IMG/VR virus record: IMGVR_UViG_3300017782_000012
Span: 1-63,707 of that record
Direction: 5' to 3' (one strand)
Origin: a virus
Taxonomy: Duplodnaviria; Caudoviricetes
Length of the DNA stretch: 63,707 nt
Shown here: positions 7,832 through 17,961 of the stretch, piece after piece
Layout of the letters: each line of letters begins with the position of its first letter
Numbering within the stretch: position 1 is the first letter of the stretch
Made by a program: the position numbers and the translations under genes
The notes under the pieces: generated by a model
Databases searched by the model: none
Seen by the model: only the letters and a program-made list of their open reading frames with translations
What the model was told of the DNA's origin: nothing

Positions 7832-10217
7832 CAACTTTTAAAGATATTTTTTCATGACCTTCATTATTGATCATAAAATCAGCTAGTGGGAATTGAATCA
7901 TACGGACGACTAAAGATTTTATGTCCCTAGCATTCAACTTCTTCAGTTTAATTTCTGACACCACCAAATCCTTAACTCTTTTGTTAACAGAAAGAGTAAC
8001 ATTTTTAGTTTTTAACCTGAGCTTCAGTTTGGAAATCTCAGAACCAACTATGTTAGCCATAATACTGTCATTCAATCCGTTAAAAATAACTGTATTTTCA
8101 ACACGAGCCAACAACTCTGGGCGAAGCTGCTTCTTTAAACTGTTGTTATAAGCCTCTTTCTCATGGTTGTCATCGACGAAACCGACAGATCTCTTACTCG
8201 CAGAAGCATGACCTATGTTAGTAGTTAGGACTATAATACATTTATTAAAGTTCACCCTACGATTTAAATTATCTGAGACATAACCCTCATCTAAAAGATG
8301 TAGTAAGAGATCCAATATTTTAGGCTCACTTTTCTCAATCTCGTCAAATAATATAACAGAGTTAGGATTATCCCTTACAAAATCAGTTAGGATTCCACCT
8401 TCTTCATAACCAACGTAACCTGCGTTCGCTCCAAGGAGCTTAGACATAGCAGTCTTGTCTTGATACTCACTCATGTTTAATTGCAAAAAGGCGTTTGAAT
8501 TACCGAAAAAATGTTTTGCAATATTTTTCGCAGTAAAAGTCTTTCCCACGCTAGTAGGGCCAACAAATAAAAAGTTAGTAAGCGGTTTTTCCGGGTCATT
8601 TAAACCTGCTTTTACACAAGTTAAAGTATTATAAACTTTGTCTATACATTCTTCTTGGCCGAAAATCTCCTTCTTCATCTTACTTTTAAAGACTTTGAAG
8701 GATTTGCTACTCTCACCTATAGTCTTCTTGGGAATGCCAGTCTTCTTCTCTAAAACGTCTAATATATCGTCTCTAGTTACTCTAGCTACCTTATCTTCCG
8801 AGTCTACAAAACTGACAAGCTCCTTGACGTAGTCTTGAACGAAAGATTCCATTTCTCTTTCGTCAAAAGTATCTCCCTCTGCCAAAGCAAATTTATCTCT
8901 TATTTCTTTAAGCTCTTCTGGGCAGTAATCATTTTTGATTTTTGCTCTAGAACCTACATGGTCAACAATATCAAAAGCTTTGTCTGGGAATTTTTTATGA
9001 GACAAATAAATCTCACTTAAATCCAAAATATCCTGAATGTTTTTATTGGTGTATTTAACTTTGTGGTATTTTTCGTAGTGAGGTAAAGACCCTTTAATCA
9101 TTGCCTCTGTCTGAGCTTTGGTAGGCTCACTAATCTCCACCTTATCAAACCTGCGTTTTATAGATGGGTCTTTATCAAAAGATTTTTTATACTCCTTCGA
9201 TGTTGTAGCACCAATACATTTTATTGTCCCTCTAGCTAAAGCGGGTTTAAGCATATTAGCTGCATCTAGAGAACTGTCATTAGAGCTGCCAGCACCAATC
9301 ATTGTATGGATCTCATCAAAGAATAAAATGATATCATTACGCCCTTCGACTTCCTTCAAGAGACCTTTGAATCTCTCTTCAAACTGCCCTCTATACTGAG
9401 TGCCAGCAATCATAGAAGCTATATCGACAGAATATATGCTAGATACTGCGATATGAGTTGGGACATCACCATTAATAATTTTTTGGGCTAAACCTTCTAC
9501 AACAGCAGTTTTTCCTACACCCGCTTCGCCAACTAAGACCGCATTACTCTTGTCTTTTCTAGAAAGTATCTCGATAAGATCTTCTATTTCACTATCCCTA
9601 GAGGTAATTGGATTCTGATCCACCTGACAAGCTTCTAAATTCAAATCCGTGCAATACTCAGTCAGGTATTTTACTGGCTGGTCTAAATCTTCTAGAAATG
9701 ACCAATCTTCCTGCTTTCTATCTTTGCTCCTAGTGTCAGGTATTGGTAAAGCAGGGTCGTCTACCAGATCGTAGATGACCTCTTCCATATGAGCTATATC
9801 TTGACCAAGTTTTTTTAGATGCGACAAGAAAGATGAACCATCCCCAACAGACAAGAGACAGTGAAGTATATGTTCAACCCCTACAAAATATTCTTCGTGA
9901 GTGTCTGCGAAGTCTTTTGCGTCAGATATGATCTGATTTAACTCCTCATGCCAACTACTACTATTTTTATTTTTTTTGAAATACTTCGGGTTTTCTAAAG
10001 AGAAGCTGATAAAGTCTTGTCGAAGTTGATTCGGGGAGCAGTCGATACCTCTACTCTCAAAGAGCAACTGCACCCTATCCGAAAGGTTCTCTATACAACT
10101 ATAGAATAAATGAGCGTTCCGTATGAGTTCATGCTTGTTCTCTTTGGCGAAGAGCTGAGCATCTTTAATCGCCTTTTTTGCTTTAGGCGTTAAATTGTAA
10201 TCCGTTAAAGACATCAT
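7806..10217 (-). CDS. ClpA/ClpC-type AAA+ chaperone (Clp protease ATPase subunit)
   Basis: Clp N-domain (VGVEHIL), Walker A GEAGVGKT and GPTSVGKT, Walker B FFDEIH and LFDEIEK, GYVGYEEGG pore loop, SVGF loop. Confidence 0.92.
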   Translation of the reverse strand: MMSLTDYNLTPKAKKAIKDAQLFAKENKHELIRNAHLFYSCIENLSDRVQLLFESRGIDCSPNQLRQDFISFSLENPKYFKKNKNSSSWHEELNQIISDAKDFADTHEEYFVGVEHILHCLLSVGDGSSFLSHLKKLGQDIAHMEEVIYDLVDDPALPIPDTRSKDRKQEDWSFLEDLDQPVKYLTEYCTDLNLEACQVDQNPITSRDSEIEDLIEILSRKDKSNAVLVGEAGVGKTAVVEGLAQKIINGDVPTHIAVSSIYSVDIASMIAGTQYRGQFEERFKGLLKEVEGRNDIILFFDEIHTMIGAGSSNDSSLDAANMLKPALARGTIKCIGATTSKEYKKSFDKDPSIKRRFDKVEISEPTKAQTEAMIKGSLPHYEKYHKVKYTNKNIQDILDLSEIYLSHKKFPDKAFDIVDHVGSRAKIKNDYCPEELKEIRDKFALAEGDTFDEREMESFVQDYVKELVSFVDSEDKVARVTRDDILDVLEKKTGIPKKTIGESSKSFKVFKSKMKKEIFGQEECIDKVYNTLTCVKAGLNDPEKPLTNFLFVGPTSVGKTFTAKNIAKHFFGNSNAFLQLNMSEYQDKTAMSKLLGANAGYVGYEEGGILTDFVRDNPNSVILFDEIEKSEPKILDLLLHLLDEGYVSDNLNRRVNFNKCIIVLTTNIGHASASKRSVGFVDDNHEKEAYNNSLKKQLRPELLARVENTVIFNGLNDSIMANIVGSEISKLKLRLKTKNVTLSVNKRVKDLVVSEIKLKKLNARDIKSLVVRMIQFPLADFMINNEGHEKISLKVVDKKVIIS

Positions 10218-10224
10218 AATTATT

Positions 10225-10230
10225 TACACT
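10225..10230 (-). promoter_or_regulatory. AGTGTA motif
   Basis: 7 and 10 nt before the tandem ATGs at 10217 and 10214. Confidence 0.6.
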
Positions 10231-12767
10231 TATTTTAGCTGAGAAAGCTTCATATAAATTTTATCTTTTAAAGATTTTACGCTATCGACGAATACTATGC
10301 CATCGCCTTTAACACCATTTATTATGACAACATCCTCTTTCTTGGGCAGTTTATTACCAGCATTTAAGTAGTCTGTCAAACGAGATTCTCTAGCCCCATC
10401 CATCAATAAAGCATTAACAATACCCTTCTCATCATGCAGTTCGAACCTCGCGTATTTATTACCGTTCCTACTCGTCCTCTTCATAACATCAGCCAATACC
10501 CCTACAAATTGCACAGTCCCTCTTTGCTCTGTATTCTTAACAGTCTGAGAACATTGATAATCTTCTGGGTATTTAAAAATATCTCTAATGCTATAAGAAT
10601 AGCTATAACCAAGGAGTTTAGTCTCGAAATACCAATTAGCATATTTTATTGAGCCTTTATTCTTCTCACAGATTTCAATATATGGAGCGCGTTTCTTCTC
10701 CAAAGTTTTTATCCTTCTCTCCGCAAATATTTTCTTATCATCATCAGCAATCAAACCTTCAGAAATAGCTTTTTCTATAGATTCGCAAATATTGTAGTTA
10801 TGTTCTTCCCCTAGAGCTATAAAATTTCTTTTTTCTCTATCTGTAAGAGAATTAAAAGTCTGGGCTTCTAAAGCTAAATCAGATCTATTTTTGGTGACAA
10901 AAGAATCTAGTAATCCAGCTTGAATAAGACTTGATAGAACCCCAATGTTTAAACCCGCTTGTTTAGCAGCTCTAAATACGTCATACTTGTTTGAGAATGC
11001 CCCCTCTCTAAACTCTAGCAAATGGATCAAAACCTTCTCGGAGACCCCTTTGATCGAATTTAAACCATATCTGATATCTTTACCCTCAATCTTAAAGTCT
11101 ATGTCAGACTTATTCAAGTCAGGAGGTAAGAGTTTTATGTCAAAATTAGGTAATTCTTGAGAAACTTTAGATATTTCATCGTGACTATTAGGCTCAAACT
11201 TAGCGAACTTCAAGAGGCTCAAGAAGAACTCTTGAGGATATTTAAATTTTAAGTATACAGTGATAGCAGCGAGATAAGCATAACTAATAGAGTGAGACTT
11301 GTTGAATGAGTAATTAGCTGAATCTTCTGCGACTTTCCAAAGAATATCAGCAATTGAAGGATCTAAGTTTGATTCAATAACTTTATTAGAAATCTTCTCT
11401 TTCCACTCAGGCATTTTATCAACCTTCTTCTTGCCTACAATTCTCCTCAACTGTTCCGCCTCATCAAGAGTAAACCCGACTTTAACAGCCATCTTCATCA
11501 ACTGTTCTTGATATAGAGGTATACCTCCTGTGTAACTGAGAACGTCGTCAAAGAATTCAGACTGAGATTGGAACTCTCCAGTCCTAACATAGGTAGCATA
11601 ATCATCTTTGAAATCTAAAGCTCCGGGTCTTGCGATAGCGACGACAGCAGAGAGTTGTTCTAGATTCCTAGGAGCTATTTGCTGGCACACCTTGAAGTTT
11701 GTATCAGCCTCGATCTGAAATAGACCTTGCGGAGACTCAAGGCAAGAAAGAGCTGCATAAATCGAAGGGTCATGAGGATTTATACTATTAACATTGATGC
11801 CTAAACCTTCACAAACATCATTAACCACAGACAGAGTCCTTAGACCAAGGATATCAAACTTGACACTCAGACTAGCTACATCATCCATGTCGTAACCTGA
11901 AATCAAAGACCCATCATTAGTTCTTTGAAGAGGCATTATATCTGACTGGTCATAATAACAAATTGAAATCCCTGACGGATGAACACCAGTATTTTTAATT
12001 AGACCTTCAAGCTTTCGAGCTATTTTAAAAGATTTTTGATTGTCATCCGCATACTTTTTGAAGGACTCGCTCTCTTCATAAGCTACAGCCAGCTTTGCAA
12101 CTTTACCAAACTGCTTAGGAATACTATCGCTGATTTGGTTAACGTCAGATTCAGATAGACCCCCGACGATCTTGCCACATTCTTTTATACAAAGCTTACC
12201 ACTTAAGGTGTTTAAGGTAAGAATTTTTGAAGTCTTCCCTTTGTATTTATCTTCAATATATCGAACAACTTCAGCCCGACGATTATAAGAGATATCATTA
12301 TCGACATCAGCAAGAAGAGACCCGTCCAAAAAAGTGTCTCCATCATGCTCGATTTTTCTTGCTCTGCTCCTCGACACAAATCTCTCAAAAAATAAGTCAT
12401 ATTCAATAGGGTCAATATTTGTTACACCTAAAAGGTATAAAACTAAAGAACCAGCTGCAGATCCTCGACCCGCGCCAGTTGGAATTTTTTCTGTTTTGCA
12501 AAAATACAAGATATCCCAGTTGAGAAGGATGTAGTCAATGAATCCCAGCTCGTCGAAAATATCAAGCTCCATTTTTGTTCTATCATAATATTCTTTTCTG
12601 TTATCAAACTTGGTTATCTCTTTATCTCTTAGACCTTTCCGACACAACTCAAATAGCACCTCTTTGTTAGAGCTGTCTAAATTTAGATCCAGACTCTTTA
12701 AGATTTCCTCGGATATACTAATTTCTGGTAGCTTTACTCCAGCCGGGAATGGGTTCTTGTATCTCAT
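10230..12767 (-). CDS. dnaE: DNA polymerase III alpha (family C) catalytic core lacking the PHP domain
   Basis: GAGRGSAAGSLV, FERF, DVDND catalytic motif, KFDILGL, YQEQLM, YSFNKSHS, C-terminal OB fold. Confidence 0.93.
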   Translation of the reverse strand: MRYKNPFPAGVKLPEISISEEILKSLDLNLDSSNKEVLFELCRKGLRDKEITKFDNRKEYYDRTKMELDIFDELGFIDYILLNWDILYFCKTEKIPTGAGRGSAAGSLVLYLLGVTNIDPIEYDLFFERFVSRSRARKIEHDGDTFLDGSLLADVDNDISYNRRAEVVRYIEDKYKGKTSKILTLNTLSGKLCIKECGKIVGGLSESDVNQISDSIPKQFGKVAKLAVAYEESESFKKYADDNQKSFKIARKLEGLIKNTGVHPSGISICYYDQSDIMPLQRTNDGSLISGYDMDDVASLSVKFDILGLRTLSVVNDVCEGLGINVNSINPHDPSIYAALSCLESPQGLFQIEADTNFKVCQQIAPRNLEQLSAVVAIARPGALDFKDDYATYVRTGEFQSQSEFFDDVLSYTGGIPLYQEQLMKMAVKVGFTLDEAEQLRRIVGKKKVDKMPEWKEKISNKVIESNLDPSIADILWKVAEDSANYSFNKSHSISYAYLAAITVYLKFKYPQEFFLSLLKFAKFEPNSHDEISKVSQELPNFDIKLLPPDLNKSDIDFKIEGKDIRYGLNSIKGVSEKVLIHLLEFREGAFSNKYDVFRAAKQAGLNIGVLSSLIQAGLLDSFVTKNRSDLALEAQTFNSLTDREKRNFIALGEEHNYNICESIEKAISEGLIADDDKKIFAERRIKTLEKKRAPYIEICEKNKGSIKYANWYFETKLLGYSYSYSIRDIFKYPEDYQCSQTVKNTEQRGTVQFVGVLADVMKRTSRNGNKYARFELHDEKGIVNALLMDGARESRLTDYLNAGNKLPKKEDVVIINGVKGDGIVFVDSVKSLKDKIYMKLSQLK

Positions 12768-13396
12768 AATTCAATATCGAAAATTTGCTTCTGGAAGATT
12801 TTAAAATTCATCTCAATGTCGTAAAGAGCATTGTGGAGTCTAGATTTATCATGGTCAATATTATATTTCTTCAATAAAGCCAACTGGCTAGTCTTCAATC
12901 CTCTTTGGAAAAAGTTGACCCATTTATACTGCCAGTAGATAAAGTTATCCATATCTGGTTCGTCATTCTTTTCGATAGCTCTAGCCAAACTCAAAGTATC
13001 GATAATGCGGTCAATATACGAATGGTCAGACCCTAAGCCCAAAAGCTTTCTCCAGATGTTTATCATATAAACGTCAAACCCTAGAAGGTTCTGCCCTAAG
13101 ATAATATATTCTGGATTATACAACTCTTTAGAAAAATCATCCCACACATCTTTCGGGTCTTCAGCATTCTTCTTGTAATGCCTGTCATCAAAATGATTGA
13201 TATTAGCTGCCCCCTCAGACATATTTAAATCGGGCCAAAATAAATACCTATCATTCTTCTCAAGAATTCTACCTCCTTGAGCTATGACCCAAGAGACTTG
13301 GAAAGGCTTAGATTTTAATAAGTTCAACCCCTCTGTCTCTGTGTCTAAGACAAGATACTTCTGCTTCTTGTCAAAACGTAATAATTGATCATTCAT
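12764..13396 (-). CDS. DEDDh 3'-5' exonuclease (epsilon-like proofreading subunit)
   Basis: LDTETEG, QNLLGFD, IIDTL, HNALYD. Confidence 0.88.
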   Translation of the reverse strand: MNDQLLRFDKKQKYLVLDTETEGLNLLKSKPFQVSWVIAQGGRILEKNDRYLFWPDLNMSEGAANINHFDDRHYKKNAEDPKDVWDDFSKELYNPEYIILGQNLLGFDVYMINIWRKLLGLGSDHSYIDRIIDTLSLARAIEKNDEPDMDNFIYWQYKWVNFFQRGLKTSQLALLKKYNIDHDKSRLHNALYDIEMNFKIFQKQIFDIEL

Positions 13397-14135
13397 AGGT
13401 TTTTAAAAAACTTTCTAAGCTAAATTCATCACTTCCAAAGTGACTGAGGTTTGGACTCTCCAAGCTAGCCTGTCTGCCAAAAGACCGTCTAGACAATATC
13501 TTATAAGTTTGGAGGGCTTCAACATCTTGATCATCTTTATACAGGATGGTCTTAACCTTGGCAATCCTATATTTATCTTTTGCATATAACGCTACCTTAG
13601 ACCATAGCAGATGATCGAATGGTAACTTGTTATTCTCAACCCAAAAAACAGGATTAAAATTATTTAAGTCTGGGATGCAATTCTTGTGGAAGAAATTATT
13701 CTCGTGTATGAAGCTATCGTAGAAAGGCACAACGAAGCTAAGATGATCTGCGTCCCAGAGTTCAGAAAAGCTCTTGTAATCTATTTTGCCTGTAGACTCA
13801 GAAAAAGCTCGCGAGTATATCTTATTCAAGAGTTTGCAACCCTCGTCATCTTTAGCGAAGATAATGTTTTTATGATCCGAATCCTTATCTTCAGCAGACA
13901 TATCGTTGCAAAAAGTTAACCTCAAACCGTAAAAAAGGTTCAGCTTGTTCCTCTGACAAGCTTTAAAAGCTTTCATAAAGCTGGTCAAATTGTCCTCGAC
14001 TAAAACGACATCATCAATGTCGTTATCCATACACATTTGAATGATCGAATCAGGGCCAACGCCATGAGATTCATCATCTAACGTTAAGATGCTTTTTCCA
14101 AATGAGTAAGTAGATCTAAAAACAGGAGTCATCAC
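13389..14135 (-). CDS. Stand-alone PHP domain of DNA polymerase III alpha (metal ligands degenerate)
   Basis: RSTYSFGKSI, LVEDNL..F..AFKAC, YGLRL, IIFAKDDEGCKLLNKIYSRA resemble the DnaE N-terminus. Confidence 0.78.
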   Translation of the reverse strand: MMTPVFRSTYSFGKSILTLDDESHGVGPDSIIQMCMDNDIDDVVLVEDNLTSFMKAFKACQRNKLNLFYGLRLTFCNDMSAEDKDSDHKNIIFAKDDEGCKLLNKIYSRAFSESTGKIDYKSFSELWDADHLSFVVPFYDSFIHENNFFHKNCIPDLNNFNPVFWVENNKLPFDHLLWSKVALYAKDKYRIAKVKTILYKDDQDVEALQTYKILSRRSFGRQASLESPNLSHFGSDEFSLESFLKTYE

Positions 14136-14141
14136 TCCTCA

Positions 14142-14169
14142 AATATACAGATCTAGAAACGCACGTCAA
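14142..14169 (-). promoter_or_regulatory. Sigma70-like promoter of the polymerase operon
   Basis: TTGACG-16-TATATT-6-GTG(14135). Confidence 0.6.
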
Positions 14170-15191
14170 GAACAATAAGCAGGGCAACCGGGATAATATT
14201 CTATCTGGTAAGTGCAACCCTCTGGGACTAAGTCTTCTGAGAAATCTTCTTCGAAGCAAGAACCAACAGGCTGGCCAGCTTTATTTTTAAATAAATAATA
14301 AAAGAAATCAAACTTCATGGAACAATGCCATTTTATGTTACCATCTTTCTTCAACTCCCCTTTTTGTTTTGCAAAGCCACAGAGCAAACGGCCACTAAAT
14401 GAGTTGTCAGAAGGAAAACTTTTCCTAGCAGCCAAATTACTCATAGCATCTTTTTCTGAAAAACCATCTAGATACTTCTGGATCTCAGTGAGTTGCATCT
14501 CAAACCCCAAAAGATCCTCATCACTCAATGGTTCCATCCTCATAACACCGCTTTTCTTGGCGTCTGGATCTAGATCAAATTTAACAAAGAGAAATTCACT
14601 CTGTTTATTTTTATACTCAGGGAATAAATGTTGACTAGCTAAGCTATACATTAAGTCCTGCATATTATCTTCAGCATCTTTACCTTTGAAGACTTCTTTA
14701 CTGGTTTTAAAATCCCTAATCAGAGCGAATTTTTGCTTCTTATAAAGAAATAGTTTATCAATAAAACCTCTAATCCTGTAGGCAATATTCCCATCGTTTT
14801 TGACTATATCAAAATCCTGCTCAGAAAGCTCTTCTGTCGGGTCATCCAAATCATACCCAAAAAAATCATAACTCAGACCGTTGAAAGTCATCTCTTTAAT
14901 CATTTGGATATTCTCTTCATCATCTACCCCCTCCCGGCGAGCATGTTTCATTACTAGACGCTCAACACAAGGCACAGAAAAGATATCCTGCTCCTTCATG
15001 ATTTTGTCATAATGCTTCCTATGACGTGGGTCACCAAGAACTTCAAAAATTAAATGACATATAGAACCTCTTCTAGCTCCATCATTGCTAGTATCTGGGA
15101 GTTTTAGTTTATACTTACACCAATACAACCAAGAACAACTCTGAGCTGTTTTTATTCTACTAGCAGAAAGAGCTGTTTGCGGTTCACTCAT
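14166..15191 (-). CDS. PD-(D/E)xK RecB/AddB/Cas4-like exonuclease
   Basis: LSASRI..AQSC, RGSICH, RGFIDKL, RDFKTSK, QDLMY, C-terminal cysteines. Confidence 0.85.
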   Translation of the reverse strand: MSEPQTALSASRIKTAQSCSWLYWCKYKLKLPDTSNDGARRGSICHLIFEVLGDPRHRKHYDKIMKEQDIFSVPCVERLVMKHARREGVDDEENIQMIKEMTFNGLSYDFFGYDLDDPTEELSEQDFDIVKNDGNIAYRIRGFIDKLFLYKKQKFALIRDFKTSKEVFKGKDAEDNMQDLMYSLASQHLFPEYKNKQSEFLFVKFDLDPDAKKSGVMRMEPLSDEDLLGFEMQLTEIQKYLDGFSEKDAMSNLAARKSFPSDNSFSGRLLCGFAKQKGELKKDGNIKWHCSMKFDFFYYLFKNKAGQPVGSCFEEDFSEDLVPEGCTYQIEYYPGCPAYCS

Positions 15192-16248
15192 TTAAAATTT
15201 CTGATTTCTTTATGTCCTTCTGAGAGAACTGGTTTTTATTTTGGCTAATAAACAAAGCAAGCTTCTTCCTCTGTGAGGGTTTATCAACCTCTTCATCTAG
15301 CCAGCTTTTGATATTATATGAATTTTCATGAGCTTCTCCAAAATCATTCGCTTTATTTGGGGGGAACTTAACGGATAGGATATCTAAGTCGAAAAAATGC
15401 GACAACTTGAGGTAAGCTTTAGCCGCCCCTATCAAACCTCTATTCTCAGAAGAATGAGCATCATAATTAGTAGATATAATCACATTATCTAGGGCTTTAG
15501 AAGATAGATAGTTGATGATATTACCTCCAACAGACAATCCAAACATTACCAAAACATTTTTTACACCGTTTTCATAAAGAGCTAATGCATCACCGATACT
15601 CTCCACAAGAATGACTGTTTTAGTCCGTAGTATTTCTTCATCGCACTCATGGTCTGGAACGTAAGCTGGATATACCCAACCGGACTTCTTGCCTATATGT
15701 TTCCATTTGGGGATATTCTTCTGTATCTTCCCGGCATCCACGCTTCGCCCTGAGAACCCAATGATCTGTGAGTTGCTATTGTATATAGGGAAGACCATCC
15801 TACGGTACATTTTTCCCACACCAGACAAGCCTACTTTAAAAGCTTTTTGGGTATCTTCCGAAATATCCCTCTCTTTATAAAAATTGTAATGAGGAAATAA
15901 CTTTTCTAGCATTTCGTCTGGGTATATCTTTTCCATTTCTATCCTCTCTACTGGTTTAGTAATAAAAGTTTTGCTCTTTCTAATCTTTTGGAGAGTCTCT
16001 GAAAATTCAGATTTGTCACCAACGGTCATTCTGACCAAAGACTCAAAAGTTTGAGAGCCTTTACTCTCAACAAAGTCCATCCAAATCCCCGTGTTTTTAT
16101 AAATCTTTAAAGCTGTAGCGTTATCCCCATTGCGGTAAAGAGCTTGCGCCCTCCAGTGATCACCACAATCAATAAGATTGTAACCTATCGACTCAAGAAT
16201 TTTCTGGAACTCCTCCGAATGAATCGAAGTCTGGGATTGGTGTTGCAT
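15184..16248 (-). CDS. DnaG-like TOPRIM primase
   Basis: RMVFPI, IIGFSGR, PKWKH, ILVESIGDALAL; adjacent to DnaB. Confidence 0.85.
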   Translation of the reverse strand: MQHQSQTSIHSEEFQKILESIGYNLIDCGDHWRAQALYRNGDNATALKIYKNTGIWMDFVESKGSQTFESLVRMTVGDKSEFSETLQKIRKSKTFITKPVERIEMEKIYPDEMLEKLFPHYNFYKERDISEDTQKAFKVGLSGVGKMYRRMVFPIYNSNSQIIGFSGRSVDAGKIQKNIPKWKHIGKKSGWVYPAYVPDHECDEEILRTKTVILVESIGDALALYENGVKNVLVMFGLSVGGNIINYLSSKALDNVIISTNYDAHSSENRGLIGAAKAYLKLSHFFDLDILSVKFPPNKANDFGEAHENSYNIKSWLDEEVDKPSQRKKLALFISQNKNQFSQKDIKKSEILNE

Positions 16249-17734
16249 CTGGATTACTCTGGTCTAGTTCTGGATCTCCGTTTCTAACTCTGATAATATC
16301 GCGAAGGTCTCCCCTCTCTGAGATATTAAAATTATTAAAATCGAGATTAATGAAATTCTTCCTTAATGAATCATCCACTTGGACAGGTTCAATAGCTCCA
16401 GCTATATCTCTACCCAAACTTCTGTATTTAACACTGATCATCTTATGAGTCCCGAACCTTACTCCTTCTTCTTGGATCTCATCCTCAGTCTTCCTTCTTA
16501 GAATAAACATATGCGAACAGAATTGTGTAATCCTATCAGATAGAGAAACAATACTCTCATCATCAACAATATTTTGAGAGTTCCGGTTGGTGGTAATACC
16601 ACTCCTATTAGATTGAACAGAAGTAATCATTGGAATGACAGGTTCACCATCTTCAAGAACATCTTTCTGGATACACCTTTTGAATTTATCAACCATCTCT
16701 CCAACGACCTGCCACTCATTCTGATTAGAGTTGGCTGTATTAGTCGTCTTAATATAATCAAAAGAGAAGACCATTTTGTTACCGCGACCAACTGTAGAGT
16801 AATAAAATCTCTTCAAAGTATTTATCATCCCATCGACATCCATCCCTCCTACATTGTAGTAATAGAATTTAAGTTTGTTAATTTTGGGCCAGACAGAGCG
16901 AACTTTCTCGACGACATCTGCACCAGCAGTCCTCCATTTACCACTCTCCAACAAATGCATGGGGACTCCAGAATGAGCAGCGCATTGACGCATCATAAGC
17001 TCTTCCTTACTCATCTCTCCATTATCAAAATGCAGAACTGGGACTCCATATCTCAAAGCTACTTTCGTAGCGTAATCCATACAGTATTGTGTTTTACCAA
17101 CTCCTGATCGAGCAACTATGACGGTAATGTTTCCGGGCCGTAACAAAGAACCATAAATATCATTAACTTTCTCATGCGGCCCCATCATGCCAAACTCTTC
17201 AATAGGGTTGTTGCCCCGCTCCTCAATCAGAGCCTCCATATCATCATAGATATTCTCTGGGACATCATTACCTATCTCAAACAAGTTGATCTTAGAATTG
17301 TAGATATGATCTGCCGTCTCGACGATATCTCTATAAGAAGACTCAGGCTTAATAGCTTTCATCTTCTTGCTTATATCCTCACAAGATTCTAAAATTTCCC
17401 TCCTTATTGAATATTTTTTAAGCTCTTTGCAAGTCTTTGTCAAATTGCCCGAAGGGACAGATCTCATAGCTAAAGATTTAATGTAATCCGCAGGAATGAT
17501 ATTCCCCGCGAAGCTTAAACCTACCTCATTAACCCTTTGAGCAATAATTACGTTATCAACTTCATCTCCAGCATCTACGGCTTGTTTTATAACCCTGAAG
17601 ATTGTGGAATGTAAAGGGGAGCCTTCTGAGTAAAAATCTTTGTGACTTATGAAGTTAGATATTTCAATCAAAGATTGAGGGTCTTTTAGAAGACCAGCCA
17701 ATAACTGTTTCTCTAGTTCATAACTATAAATCAT
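16193..17734 (-). CDS. dnaB: Replicative DNA helicase, DnaB family
   Basis: ELEKQLLAGLL N-domain, ARSGVGKT Walker A, GEMS, FDYI, VQSNR. Confidence 0.9.
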   Translation of the reverse strand: MIYSYELEKQLLAGLLKDPQSLIEISNFISHKDFYSEGSPLHSTIFRVIKQAVDAGDEVDNVIIAQRVNEVGLSFAGNIIPADYIKSLAMRSVPSGNLTKTCKELKKYSIRREILESCEDISKKMKAIKPESSYRDIVETADHIYNSKINLFEIGNDVPENIYDDMEALIEERGNNPIEEFGMMGPHEKVNDIYGSLLRPGNITVIVARSGVGKTQYCMDYATKVALRYGVPVLHFDNGEMSKEELMMRQCAAHSGVPMHLLESGKWRTAGADVVEKVRSVWPKINKLKFYYYNVGGMDVDGMINTLKRFYYSTVGRGNKMVFSFDYIKTTNTANSNQNEWQVVGEMVDKFKRCIQKDVLEDGEPVIPMITSVQSNRSGITTNRNSQNIVDDESIVSLSDRITQFCSHMFILRRKTEDEIQEEGVRFGTHKMISVKYRSLGRDIAGAIEPVQVDDSLRKNFINLDFNNFNISERGDLRDIIRVRNGDPELDQSNPDATPIPDFDSFGGVPENS

Positions 17735-17961
17735 TTGTCTACCCCCTGATCAGATTTAGACTTTATTAAGTAATCTTCTAGAGCTTGCTGTAAGCCCAGC
17801 TCCATAATCACAGAATCAAACTTTGTGTATATAACAGGCTCTCCAGACTCATTAGCTACAACCATTATAAGACCTTTGTAGCGTTCTGAATCTCCAGAAA
17901 TTTCGTATATCTTCTCAACTAGACCTTCTGGAATAGAAAATAAATTATCTTGCTCATTCAT
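17731..17961 (-). CDS. Hypothetical protein
   Basis: 76-aa ORF with ATGA overlaps on both sides. Confidence 0.7.
   Translation of the reverse strand: MNEQDNLFSIPEGLVEKIYEISGDSERYKGLIMVVANESGEPVIYTKFDSVIMELGLQQALEDYLIKSKSDQGVDK

Noticed and set aside
12764-14135. Split intein or intron explaining the fragmented polymerase
   Set aside because: No intein terminal motifs or non-coding gaps; the intervening ORF is a DEDDh exonuclease, not a homing endonuclease
14166-15191. Cas4-like nuclease as evidence of a CRISPR system
   Set aside because: No repeat-spacer array or other cas genes are visible; it sits in the replication operon like ordinary phage RecB-family exonucleases
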